The position numbers were made by a program, and so were the translations under genes. A model generated the notes under the pieces. The model did not search any database, was not told where the DNA came from, and worked only from the letters and a program-made list of their open reading frames with translations. From Octopus bimaculoides (taxonomy: Eukaryota): DNA of 36,459 nucleotides. This document shows, one piece after another, positions 11,450-23,054 of the stretch. Where the stretch lies: NCBI RefSeq assembly GCF_001194135.2, contig NC_068985.1:1896259-1932717 (forward strand). The letters are read 5' to 3'. How positions within the stretch are numbered: the first letter of the stretch is position 1; each line of letters starts with the position of its first letter.

Positions 11450-11806
11450 NNNNNNNNNNNNNNNNNNNNNNNNNNNNNNNNNNNNNNNNNNNNNNNNNNN
11501 NNNNNNNNNNNNNNNNNNNNNNNNNNNNNNNNNNNNNNNNNNNNNNNNNNNNNNNNNNNNNNNNNNNNNNNNNNNNNNNNNNNNNNNNNNNNNNNNNNNN
11601 NNNNNNNNNNNNNNNNNNNNNNNNNNNNNNNNNNNNNNNNNNNNNNNNNNNNNNNNNNNNNNNNNNNNNNNNNNNNNNNNNNNNNNNNNNNNNNNNNNNN
11701 NNNNNNNNNNNNNNNNNNNNNNNNNNNNNNNNNNNNNNNNNNNNNNNNNNNNNNNNNNNNNNNNNNNNNNNNNNNNNNNNNNNNNNNNNNNNNNNNNNNN
11801 NNNNNN
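11450..11806. other. Assembly gap (N run)
   Basis: Direct reading. Confidence 1.
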
Positions 11807-12039
11807 CAAAACGTACACATAGGACAGACACAAGGACCCTAATATTTCATTAGTTATCAACCAAAAATACTAATACCCAGTTTCGTGCCTTTAACAATAC
11901 AGTTAGGAACTTTTTATATCGGCAGCACTTGCAAGATTTGCATAGAATTGGGGCAAAAAGGTAGAAGACAGAAAATCAGTCAAGGGTCATGTGTGGGCAG
12001 CAAATAAGAGGGGAAGGAATATATGTATGTATGTTCTTT

Positions 12040-12140
12040 TATTCATTTTTCTTTTATTTGACTGCGGTCATGCTGGAGCACTGCCTTTAGTCAAGCAAAT
12101 CGACCCCAGGAATTATTCTTTGTAAGCCTAGTACTTAATC
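12040..12140 (-). mobile_element. 3' part of the CORE-like tRNA SINE family
   Basis: tttgactgcggtcatgctggagcactgcctttagtcaagcaaatcgaccccagg...gtaagcctagtactt; the same block occurs at about 28955 and 29615. Confidence 0.7.
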
Positions 12141-12413
12141 TCTTTTATAACTGCATTAAATAAATGAAATTCTACCAAAACAGCTGCCATAAATTTTAAA
12201 TGCCATTTGTGTTTCCTTTTTATACATACACCACACTGAGGGCCCAACACTGAGTTGGATATATGGTTTGAATTGGATTGGTGCTTGCATGTCTACAGTA
12301 TCCTACCAACATTTGGTGTATTCAATGCTGTTTATTTCAATGTGATCTCACTGTTATCGTACCTAGCCATTTCTGGTCTCCTACAAGTTGATATGCCTTG
12401 ATTTTTAAGAATC

Positions 12414-12722
12414 TGTAGTAACGCCTGCGCATGCGTAGAATTAAACAAGCAAGCGTTTCCCGCTCAATTCATTCTCTTTCTCGCTGGCCAGCGATTGAGC
12501 ATGGACGTGTGTTTAAAAGCTGTCTCTACATCTTTCGGTCTTATACTCGACAGCTCGTTATTCTCACCTCTAAAGATGTATAACTAAAGATATGTATGTT
12601 TTACCACCTAAATAAATGTTGTTTGAGTTGTTTAGTCTGGAGTTCAGCGTTCCGTCTATTTCTTTAATTTTATAGTAGAAAGTCAGGTATACAATCTAAA
12701 GATGTATAACCCACTTACTACT
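12414..12722 (+). mobile_element. Candidate solo LTR (about 309 bp), CpG-rich
   Basis: Starts TGTAGTAA and ends TTACTAC(T), a 7-bp inverted terminus with the final A not conserved. It has an internal AATAAA and a duplicated ctaaagatgtataac. No clean TSD (gaatc vs aaaaatc). Confidence 0.5.
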
Positions 12723-13597
12723 AAAAATCCATACAATAAAGTCATATGTACGTATATGTATATCTTTTTTTGTGTTATGCATCTACTTGATTCTGTCACT
12801 GTGCTGTGGTCAGACTGGAGCACTATTATATTAACCCCACGGTTTATTTCATTGAAAGGATGAAAAGCTAATTAGACTTGAGCAATATCCAAACTTCAAA
12901 ATGAAAATAAAAGCAGAAGAAAAATGTTTTGCTTGACACTCAATTGCTTCTGTATTATACCATGACCACTACCCCAGACATAACCTTTTGGTAAGCTGCT
13001 AAACTTCTAACAATCTGCTTACTAAGCTATCGAAATTTTGGCAATCCGTTCAGGGAGCTACTAAAATATTAAGCACAAGTTTTTTTAATAAAAGAATATA
13101 AATTTGATAATCCAATATTTATCTCCATATTAGAATAATTTGCTGATCGGCGCCTGTTCTACTGAGACAGCAACAGCGATTCCTCTTCCACACCATTCCT
13201 CTCTGTGCTTTTATATATTTCTTTTGGCTACTCAGCCTGTATATGTTAGGTGGACGTAGGCTCTTCTCTCTTTCTCTCTCTTAAGAAGACCTTTGGCTGT
13301 CATGTAGATTCCCTTATGCTTCAGCACATGTTGCAGTCATGTGATCTAAGCAGATGAACATTCTGATATGCAAATATCATAACATGCTCACTTTTCCCTC
13401 CCCTTCTTTCTCTCCCCCCTCCCTTTTCTCTCTGACACAAATATGTATAAACATATACAAAGATATATACATTAAATTATTATACAAAATCATATTACTC
13501 CTACTCATGACAGTCTGCCTCCTCCCCTCTATCTATCACATGCATATGTATGTTTTTATATATATATATACATATATATACATATATATATATATAT

Positions 13598-14055
13598 ATC
13601 ATCATCATCATCGTTTAACGTCCACTTTCCATGGTGGCATGAGTTGTATGGCTTGACTGAGGACTCATGTGCCAGAGGCTGCACTAGGTTCCAATCTGAT
13701 TTGGCAGAGTTTCTACAGCTGGATGCCCTTCCTAACGCCAACCACTCCAAGAGTGTAGTGGGTACTTTATTACATGCCACTTGCATGAGGGCCAGTCAGG
13801 CAGTTATGGCAACGACCACACTCAAAATGTGTTTTTACGTGCTACCTGCACAGGAGCCAGTCCAGCAGCACTGGCAACGACCATGCTCAAATGTTGTTTT
13901 TCACATGCCACTGGCACATGTGCCGGTAAGGCAACACTGGCAATGCTCACACTCGAATGGTGCTTTTCACAAGTCACTGTCATTGAAGCCAATCTCTGGC
14001 TCTAGCAACGATCACTCTCTGATGTGCTTTCAACGTTCCACTGGCACAAGTGCCA
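13598..14055 (-). mobile_element. RTE 3' end with about 5 copies of the internal ~65-bp UTR repeat
   Basis: (ATC)n then gtttaacgtccactttccatgg..., followed by repeated tggtgcttttcacatgccactggcaca-like units. Confidence 0.9.
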
Positions 14056-15494
14056 ATTAGGTGGTTTTAATAATTATATACATAATTATAACAAGGGATT
14101 AGCTATAAGCTTCCACAAGCACTAGAAAAATAGATGCTTAAAGATGCTATTACCACCTTAAAAACTATGAAAAATAAACATTGTTGTTGAGGTTCTGTGT
14201 CCTGTCTTAAGAAAGGGATGAGATAGACATGAATGAGTTACTTCTCATTATATACTCAATCAGGATAACTAGGGCAAACAACTAAAACAGATAAGAGGGG
14301 TCATCAGCATGGTCACTCTAAATGCTAAAAATAATAACCAACTCCTTCCAAATCATACCTTATGAGTCTTTCTAAAAAGAAGACCACATGGGATTATGTA
14401 GTCCATATTATGCAAAACAGTAATGATGGTCACGGCTGCAACACCTTTTATTATACATGCCCTTAATTAGGGATAATTTGAGCATAATCAACAACTGAAA
14501 GAGTCTTTACATAATCAAACAATTGCTAGAAATAGCAACTATATTTCAATCAATTCCCTCATTACTGCCTTCAAGAACGGATACTTAAGAGAATGTAGTA
14601 CTTGATATACTAAAACAATTAGATTGTCTTGATTAGAACGTTTTTATGAATTGAAGCTAACTGAGGAGCACCAAATAACATCTATAAATCTTTTGAACCA
14701 ACAAAGCATCTGCTGCATTCATTTATTCTCAACTTTTCCACAGTGATTTTCACCCTCAGTTTCATATATTTTATCATATTGCTCTTTACTCACATACAGA
14801 AATTACACACTAGATAATAGCCATATATAAAAGCTCACCTCACTGCCAAAAATCTATCTTTAAGATAGCATGTTAGTGCTATTCACTTCATTAAAATACC
14901 TTTTCAATAATATAACATTAAAATAGGGTAATAGCCAGAATCAAAGGAAACTGGTGATTGTCTGCATCAGGAAAAATCAGTCAACATAAAGTTCTGAAGA
15001 TCAGTAAAATTTATTTACCGTGAAGTTGAGAGATTGATTTTGTGGAGGGGACACTTGCTTAGCAGGAAAGCAGTGTGAGAGTGAGTGAAGCCAAGGATGT
15101 GAGGTAAATGAAGGGAAGGGTCAAAAGGTTGTGGTTGCATGAGAGATACATACAGCTCTCATGCAACCACAAAAGTGAGAGATTAATGTATTGTGAAGAG
15201 GAAGGGGACAGGAAGGTAGAGCGGTACAATACATCAAACAACCACATATAGAGTTACAGTTATGATGACAAGTTAAAGTGGGAGGGAAGGAATGGATGAT
15301 GAGGATGGTGGTGGTGGTGGTGGTATTGAGGAGGAAGAGGACAAGTGAAGGATGTGGGTTGGATCACATAGACAAACACAATTCCACCAATAAATAATTA
15401 CATACATTCATACAAACACTCAAACACATTTTCTGTCACCATGACAAATAAACTTCACCAATCTCTTGAACTTACCATTGCTTTCAAGTTTTAG

Positions 15495-15610
15495 TACAAG
15501 ACCAGTAATTTGAGGGGAAGGGTAACATCAACCCTAATATACAACTGGTACTTAACTAATTGACCTCGAAAGAATGAAAGGCAAAAGCGACAGGTGGAAT
15601 TTGAACTCAC
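15495..15610 (-). mobile_element. Partial tRNA-derived SINE (family of 20155-20595)
   Basis: aactggtacttaactaattgacctcgaaagaatgaaaggcaaaagcgacaggtggaatttgaactca. Confidence 0.75.
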
Positions 15611-16229
15611 TAACTTTCCCTTCCTAACATTAAATAGTTAATTGAGTTATTGATGCAGATAGAAGGAGTTATTCTGTTGCAATGGGCAGATCTCCTTTCA
15701 GTGTCCAACAAAAGGAAATTAACAAATTCTTCACACAAACCAGTGAGCTCTGGGCTCAGCTGACAGCTATACATAGATGCATACAAGCGCACATATGCAC
15801 TAACAGAGACAAGGCCTAAGAGTTAGAACCCGGTCAAAATAACATTAGAAATGAAGGAAGAAGTCGGTGGAAAGATATATAGAACAGGAAAAAGAAAGAA
15901 GAAGAGAGACAGGATGGAAAGTTCTTAGATATGAGAGACGAGGGATTAGCTTAAAAAGCAATATAATGGTCAGTCACTCAAGAGACAATAAGGAAACTCA
16001 GTGGAGCGTATGAGGGTAGGAAGATGTGTGATAAAATTAAAGAAAAATAAAAGCAATTAAGAGAAAAAGATAGTGTCGATCGATTTCCAGCTAATGATGA
16101 GTCTGCCTGAATGTCTAGCTGGCAAGAGGTTGAAAACCCTCCAAGCATACAAAGGTGTGATGGCCTCAGTAGAATTGAGGAAAGAAAGGTTGTAAATTCG
16201 ACTGAGAACCAAAGGCAACCAAATTAGTG

Positions 16230-16385
16230 GGAAGTAGAGTTACAGCTGGAGAAGAGATCAGCACTTCTTTATGCAGCTGTCCTCGTCCATATGCATCACA
16301 TGACCATATCAGTGCAGTCTTCTCTCCTGTGCACCACATCTGGTGTCTCTTATACCCAATGCTTCTCTCAAAGTGACATTGCACT
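16230..16385 (-). mobile_element. Degraded RTE C-terminal fragment
   Basis: Similar to 500-640 (tcctcgtccatatgcatcacatgaccatatcagtgcagtc...ctctcaaagtg). Confidence 0.65.
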
Positions 16386-16403
16386 GTATATATGTATATA
16401 TTA

Positions 16404-16579
16404 TAATGTTGGAGGCTGGTTTATGGGGTTACCCTGGGTTTCTCGCTCATAAGGGGTTTAGTCTTACGATGTATCTTCAGACCCCAAACACTGCTGGACT
16501 AAGACCTCTTAAAAAAAAGGACTAAACCCCTTATGAGCGAGAAACCTCAGGTAACCCCATAAACCAGCCTCCCACATTA
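16404..16579. mobile_element. MITE-like element with about 60-bp terminal inverted repeats
   Basis: taatgttggaggctggtttatggggttaccctgggtttctcgctcataaggggtttagtc pairs with gactaaaccccttatgagcgagaaacctcaggtaaccccataaaccagcctcccacatta. Confidence 0.85.
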
Positions 16580-16722
16580 TCACATTATCATATTATCACA
16601 TTATCATATTATCATATTATCATATTATCATATTATCACATTATCATATTATCATATTATCATATTATCATATTATCACATTATCATATTATCACATTAT
16701 CATATTATCACATTATCATATT
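16573..16722. repeat. 8-bp tandem repeat (CAYATTAT)n, about 18 copies
   Basis: Direct reading. Confidence 0.95.
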
Positions 16723-16777
16723 AACTGCTCTACATCTTAGAGTGTGCTTCTTCTCCAGATTTATGTATTTCTACAAA

Positions 16778-16812
<35 letters not shown>

Positions 16813-16814
16813 TG

Positions 16815-17025
16815 TTTGTCCAAATGTGAGGTGGATGTCAGCACCTGGGAAGAGAGGGCTGAGGACAGAACAACATGGAGGACTGTGACGAAGGAACTGC
16901 TTTGCTAGAGAGAGCAGCTACAGAAACAAACAAGTTGAGAAGCGTCAGCAGCGAAAGGAAAACAACAGAAATACAGAGCACCAAGCTACCCTCTTGGTAT
17001 GCAAGTACTGTGATAGAAGCTGCAA
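16815..17025 (+). mobile_element. C-terminal remnant of a second RTE family (BovB/RTE-1-like)
   Basis: Frameshifted translation reads DVSTWEERAEDRTTWR...EKRQQRKE...LVCKYCDRSCK, matching the W-x3-A-x-DR-x2-W and terminal Cys-knuckle pattern of RTE ORF ends. Confidence 0.7.
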
Positions 17026-17133
17026 GAAGGGGAGCCCCTGATATGTTCGATTAAGTGACCTCTAAGCTAAACTGACCGTCTGCATAGAGGAAAAGGGCCA
17101 ATTATATACATATATATATAAAAATATATATAT

Positions 17134-17219
17134 CTTTTCTCCAGATTGAGCAGGGCCACCTACCTGAGGGGATGTGTGATGAGTTCACCTTCCTACTTAC
17201 TAGAACTTTGGTCTTTGCA
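17134..17219 (-). mobile_element. Internal RTE fragment (junction of RT and PHD finger)
   Basis: Translation AKTKVLVSRKVNSSHIPSGRWPCSIWRK matches 1095-1180. Confidence 0.85.
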
Positions 17220-17236
17220 TATGTATGTATATATGT

Positions 17237-17328
<92 letters not shown>

Positions 17329-17554
17329 TGTATACACCCATGATGCCTTATTTGTTTTTATCTATATTTCGTTTGTATCTAGACATGGAAATATATGTCA
17401 ATGACTGCAGATGATGCTAAACATTAGTACTCAGTTGTTTGTGATCTCTTCTTCCAGGTTATCCCCACCGTCCAGGCTATCTTCTAATGTATACTCTATG
17501 TTTGTGCTTTGCTGTGTTTGTCTATCTCTATAGGGGTTAAGTTGAATACTATGA

Positions 17555-17985
17555 ATGTGATCCCCAAAGAAGAAGCCGAGGATAATCTTTTTGTTTATAT
17601 AAATTGCCTTGTGGACAGCAAAAAGGTTCTTCCATTCCATGCTTCACTAATAACATCCCCAATAAGTCAACTGGTATCATAGGTGACTTTGGAGTGTTTA
17701 TTGGCCTTGTCTAGCATAATTCCATTGTTTCTACTTCAAAACCAGTAGTTCTCAGCCATGGTCCTCAGAGCCACATGCAGCCCTTAAGCAGCCTTCCAGT
17801 GGCCCTTTACAGTTTTCCCTCAGTAAATTCTTCTTTAATTGACTCTTGTTTTACTCTTTCTGCTGTGCCCCACCCCTAATCCTGACCATTGGTGAACAGA
17901 CTTTCTAAATCTCCTGCAAAAATGGTACCTTCTTCATTGATTTCTTCCAGAAATCTTTAGAAATTCTTCAAATGATCATATACTA
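17555..17985 (-). mobile_element. Penelope-like element RT remnant, interrupted by a hAT-like fragment
   Basis: Minus-strand translations FLEEINEEGTIFAGDLESLFTN (cf. PLE motif D-V-x-SLFTN-V-P) and MEEPFCCPQGNLYKQKD (cf. PF-x2-PDG-x-LY-x-Q-x-DG), in the expected order, with stops. Confidence 0.65.
17743..17810 (+). mobile_element. Probable hAT (Charlie-like) left-end fragment
   Basis: cagtagttctcagccatggtcctcagagccacatgcagccc resembles the CAG(T/G)GGTTCTCAAC...GGGCCACATGCGGCCC ends of Charlie-type hATs (from memory). Confidence 0.45.
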
Positions 17986-19032
17986 TTATTCTCTAATGTG
18001 TGTTTGCTGAGATTACTACAGGAGTTACTCAAAACCCTAGAGTTTTAGGCCAAATTTGTTTTGCTTTTTAGTAATGTGATGAAAATATTTCTGGTGGTGT
18101 AGACTCTACAGCAGTAATGGTACTAGTGGCAGTGGTGGTGGTGGTGGGTATGTGGTGAGGGTTCGTGGAGTCATGGTAAATGAAATATTTGTTTATTGTT
18201 TGTTAGGAGTTGAAGAGAAGGGTTGGCTGGATTTATTTTTTGGTTGGTTTGGTTCCAGCAAAACATAAAAGACTAAAACAAAAAGAAACAAAAAAAAGTC
18301 AAGAAAACAGGGTCAGATGTTAAACTGAAATAAATGATATTTTATTGTTGCTAAGCTAAGCTAGAAATTGATAAAATGCGATTTACTAATATTTTTTCTG
18401 TGTGGTGCAGCAGAACTAAGTGGAACTACAAGGTCAAACATAAGCATAAACAATGGGAATCACTGACATAAAACTCACACACAACATAGCGAGTGGGGTG
18501 GGGGAAACGACTGGGGGGGGTAGCTTGAAATTTTATTATATAAAAATTCCACCCCTATCACCACCAACACCATCACCTCTACTACAACCACCACAACTAC
18601 AGCCACTAATGCCATCATGACCACAACTACTATTACTTCAACCGTTTTATTTTTTATCACTACTACAACCACCTTTACCACTACAACCGTTACCATTATT
18701 GCTACTAATACCCCCACCACTACCATTTCTATCACCACTAATAATCATAATAATAAACAATGGTAAAAAAAAAAGTTTTGCAAAAATTCTATATTTTCCC
18801 AAGTATTAGAATTCTTAGGCTTGCTGAATACCAGCACTGGCTTTGCTGAGGGTTTATCTTTGGTAAAAGATTAAAGGATTCCTGTTACTTCTTCTGAAGA
18901 CCATCCTGAATTGAACTTGGAACTCAGAGATTTAAATCAAAGTTTCTTTTGGGAAGACATTGCAGAGAAAAGTTTAAGTTGAGGATTAAATTATTGAAGG
19001 AAAGAGACAGAAAGATGCAATGAGAGCGGGGG

Positions 19033-19042
19033 NNNNNNNNNN
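19033..19042. other. Assembly gap (10 N)
   Basis: Direct reading. Confidence 1.
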
Positions 19043-19319
19043 AAGAGGGGGAGGGGATGGACAATGAGAGAGGGGGAGGGGATGGACAATGAAAGAGGGT
19101 AGAGAGAGGGCAGTGAGAGAGGGGGAGGGAGATGGACAATGAGGGATAGAGATATATAGTAATTAAGAACCTGAAGATCACAAGTTCAATCCTTGAAGAA
19201 CTCAAACCAATCACTTGACTAAGTTTACTGCTGAGTTATGGAGGGAAAAACAGCATTTGTGAGCCTTTCTTTCAGGTCTTTTGAGAATGGTGAGAAAATG
19301 GAAGATAATAATCCTCAAG

Positions 19320-19467
19320 CCAGGCACAGGCATGGCTGTACGGTACAAGGCTTGCTTCCAAACTACATGGTTCTGGGTTCAGCCCCTTACATGGAAACTT
19401 GGGCAAGTGTCTTCTATTATAATTTCAGGCTTGTAAGTGGATGTGGTGGACAGAAACTGAAAGAAGC

Positions 19468-19514
<47 letters not shown>

Positions 19515-19770
19515 GTATGTATGGGTGTATGTGTGTGTCTTTGTGTCAGTGTTTGTTGTCCCACACACACACACACACACACACACACTTGACAACTAGT
19601 GTTCATGTCCTTGTAACAGTTCACCAAAAACGACCAGCAGAATACCTACCAGGCTTAAAAACAAAAAATAAGTGCTGGGGTCAGATCATTCGACTAAAAT
19701 TTCTTCAAGGTGGTGCCCCAGCATGGCCACAGTCTAAAGAAGGAAACAAGTAAAAAGTAGAAGATAAAAG
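19320..19770 (+). mobile_element. Near full-length tRNA-derived SINE with CORE-like block and internal TA/TG/CA microsatellites
   Basis: Head with B-box-like ggttcagccc, then cttgggcaagtgtcttc (CORE-like), gaaactgaaagaagccc, a microsatellite, and tail ...ccagcatggccacagtc. Confidence 0.8.
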
Positions 19771-20154
19771 ATTAACCAGAGATTTAACAGGATTGCCTGC
19801 AACAAATCCTCAAAGAATCGGGTGGATGGAATGTTAAACCAACCAGTGAACCTTGTCTCTCAGCCAAGAACTCAAAACATAAAGAATCATAGCAAAAACT
19901 GTGGGGTACCTCATCCAGCACCCTAAACAATTCCACCAAAGCATTCCACTTGGCCCAGTTGCTTTTTTAAAACAATAATCTGAAAAGAATGAAAGGTAAA
20001 TCTCACTGTCCTGGGATTTGAACTCAAATTGTTGAGATATGGGAAAAATACTACGATGTGTTTTGTACTCTGTTCAAACAATTCTACCAGTTGACCAGCT
20101 GTGTACTTTGGTTCCCATTTGACCCATTGTACTTCAATCACTGCATGTGCTCTT

Positions 20155-20371
20155 AAGGCTGCAAGCTGGCAGAGTGGTTAGCACACTGGGCAAAATGCTT
20201 AGAGGTATTTCATCTGTCTTTACATTCTGAGTTCTAATTACGCCGAGGTTGACTTTACTTTTCATTCTTTTGGGGTCGATAAATTAAGTATCAGTTGCAT
20301 ACTAAGGTCAATCTAATCGACTGGCCCCCTCCTCAAAAATTTCAGGCATTGTTCCAGGAGTAGAGAAGAAT
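20155..20371 (+). mobile_element. tRNA-derived SINE (copy 1 of a tandem pair)
   Basis: gagtggttagcacactgggc A-box-like, gttctaattac degenerate B-box, tail ...gagtagagaagaat. Confidence 0.85.
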
Positions 20372-20385
20372 ATTTTCCTCATTTT

Positions 20386-20595
20386 AAGGCAGCAAACTAG
20401 CAGAAATGTTAGCATGCCAGGCAAAATGCTTAGCAGTATTTCACTTGTCTTTACGTTCTGAGTTCAAATCCCACTGAGGTTGTCTTTCATCCTTTCAGGG
20501 TCAATAAATTAAGTACCTGTTGCGTACTTGGGTTGATCTAATCGACTGGCCCCATCCCCCAAAATTTCGGGCCTTGTTCCTTGAGTAGAAAAGAA
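20386..20595 (+). mobile_element. tRNA-derived SINE (copy 2) flanked by 13-bp direct repeat ttttcctcatttt
   Basis: B-box gttcaaatccc; the identical 13-mer lies at 20373-20385 and 20598-20610. Confidence 0.85.
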
Positions 20596-20802
20596 CCTTT
20601 TCCTCATTTTGCTTCAAATGTGGCAGAGGAGCCATTAAATTCCCAGTGTTCAGCATCATATCCCTGATTTAGTTTTCTTCATGTCTTAATTTACTTTCGA
20701 TGATCTGTAATCTCCTATCAGAGATGATGGTTGCAAGTTCTCATCTTTCATGACGACAAGTGGCCACCAATAAGTGAACACTGTACTTATAAGTATCCAT
20801 CT

Positions 20803-21063
20803 TGTTGTATTTCTCTCGGAAGACTCGCAGAGATAACACGAGTTATACAAATTTAATTATTACATTTATTATTCAATTACATACAAAGAACGCACTCACC
20901 CAATGTTCGTTATAAATAAACAAAAGTCATGTCCGCCATATATATCAATGACATTTTACTACCCCAGTCCTTCAGAACAACAACAATGAAACAATGAACT
21001 CAGACGAACCACAGTGACACACGGAACGTCAGACGAATTACATATCTAACAGTCCATATAACA
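20803..21063 (-). mobile_element. Solo LTR (261 bp) with perfect 5-bp TSD CATCT
   Basis: CATCT (20798-20802), then TGTTGTAT...ATATAACA, then CATCT (21064-21068). TG..CA ends with a 7/8 inverted terminus. TATA-like and AATAAA motifs read in order on the minus strand. Confidence 0.85.
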
Positions 21064-21384
21064 CATCTGGTTTGCAGTTTTCCTTGTTTCCTCAACTCTC
21101 TTTTCCTTCCACCTTGCTGGCCATATGCTATCTCCATTAAAGAATCCACCTGAGTCACTCACCTCATCTCATCTTATCACTCATATTGTGACACCTCCAA
21201 GTGCTCTACCAACACAACAACCATTCCTTCCTTCCTTCAAAAACTGATCTTCCACAAAATTCTCACTCTGCCCATGTTTTTTCTGCTGTCTCTACTTGCA
21301 TATTTAAAAAGAGCCAAGTCGGCCTGATTTGCCCTGCAACAGCTGTGAAGATTAGTATCTTTCCAAACAAAACCCATTGAATCA

Positions 21385-21722
21385 GAGATCCCCCCACCAC
21401 GGTCATGAATGACCATGGGATTGCACCTAGAAAGTTACCCTCCAAGGCACAAGTCCGGGCAAGGTTGTTTATGGAAGACCAGCAGTTGTCCATGCATACC
21501 AACCTCCTTTCTCCACAACCACTGATGTTATCCAAGGGAAAGGCAAAGGGGCCGATACAGCTTGGCACCAGTGATGTTGCAATTCATTTCTACAGCTGAG
21601 TGAACTGGAGCAACGTGAAATAAAGTGTCTTGCTCAAGAACACAACATGCAACCTAGTCTGGGAATCGAACTCACAACTTCACGATTGTAAGCTCGACAC
21701 CCTAACCACTGAGCCATGTGCC
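21385..21722 (-). mobile_element. Full-length tRNA-derived SINE (third family)
   Basis: Minus strand: ggcacatggctcagtggttagggtgtcg (A box), gagttcgattccc (B box), then cttgagcaagacactttatttcacgttgctccagttcactcagctgtagaaatg. Confidence 0.85.
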
Positions 21723-23023
21723 TTCACACCCATTGAATAAAACGAACATTATCATAGCTTTCACATCAGGATGATATCATCACATTTATTACACAGCGAT
21801 GACGTCATCACGGTTAGCGTACACCATGACAATTATTGCATAACAATGCTGTTGTAACACAATTACATCATAGGATAAAGTAGAGAGTAAAAAAAATATT
21901 ACCAATATAATAGCAACCATTGCATATCGATGGTATAATGTCAATGGTTACATAATGATACATCAGCAGTTACATAACAATCATGTGACAACTATCACAG
22001 AATATATTTTTAAAGACTACAATTCCTGTGGAATTTTTTTTTTTCCCCATCTTTCAGATTATGATAACTTTTTTCCAAATTGCAAATTGTTGAAATAAAA
22101 TAGTAATTTTATGCACCAAACCTGAAATGAAAAATCCAGAAATTTACACTAGAATTGAAATTTTCTTGGAAATGAATTTATTTACAGCAAATGTGTGAAT
22201 GGCAAATGCAAAATATTTTAAGTGAATTGGGAATTTGCTTCTTAGTTAGAGAAAATAAACAATAACCTAATTTAACTTGAATAAACAAATGGTTTAGATT
22301 GAAATAAATGAAATGTGTACAAATGAACTGAATAAGGTAGGCAAAAAAATTCTTTTAAACATAAATTTATGTTTAGTTAGAATAGAAAAACAAAAAGCCT
22401 AAAGGAATCTCTAAGCAATCTTGAAAGAAATGAGGAAATAATTTCAATGAATTAAAAATTAATTCCAAAAATTTAATTAAAGGAAAATTTGACCTTTGTT
22501 TGCAGGAACAACAACAGTAACAAATGTGCTTGAGTGTTATTGGATCTTGTTGTCCACAGCATCCACAACACAAATCTGCTTGCTCAGTAATTGGAGGTTT
22601 TGTAACATTTCGAGAAAGACTTACAAATAATTTTTGATGAACTTTAATTTGCCTAAAAAGATAATTTGAGGTAAATGGGAAAAAGCTAAAAGAAAGCAAG
22701 AACATAGCTAGAGATTAATCCAATGATATTATACGGAATATGTAAGCAAAAAATTCAAATTTCAGATTTCTTAAAATCAATTGTGGTTGAAATTCAATTT
22801 TGATTTTTAAAATATATTTTTATTCATTAGTTTTAAAGTTCAAAGCAAGAAATATAAAAAAAAGAGAGAGAGAGAGAAGGAACAAACAACGTTGCCATCA
22901 TTTCCAGCTTGCTAGGTTAAGTGTTTTGCTGGAGATCATAATGCAACATAAAATACATGATAGGATCTCAGGAATCAAAGTTCAAAAGTTCCACCTACTC
23001 CACTTTGGTCATTGTGTCTCACA

Positions 23024-23054
<31 letters not shown>

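Noticed and set aside
15465-15520. Strong minus-strand donor ATG|GTAAGT
   Set aside because: The upstream sequence is the 3' end of a SINE, not coding.
22625-22652. 28-nt minus-strand micro-exon candidate (ttatctttttAG ... GTAAGT)
   Set aside because: Splice signals are good, but the phase-0 frame has a stop, the sequence is very AT-rich, and such matches arise by chance; not supportable without RNA data.
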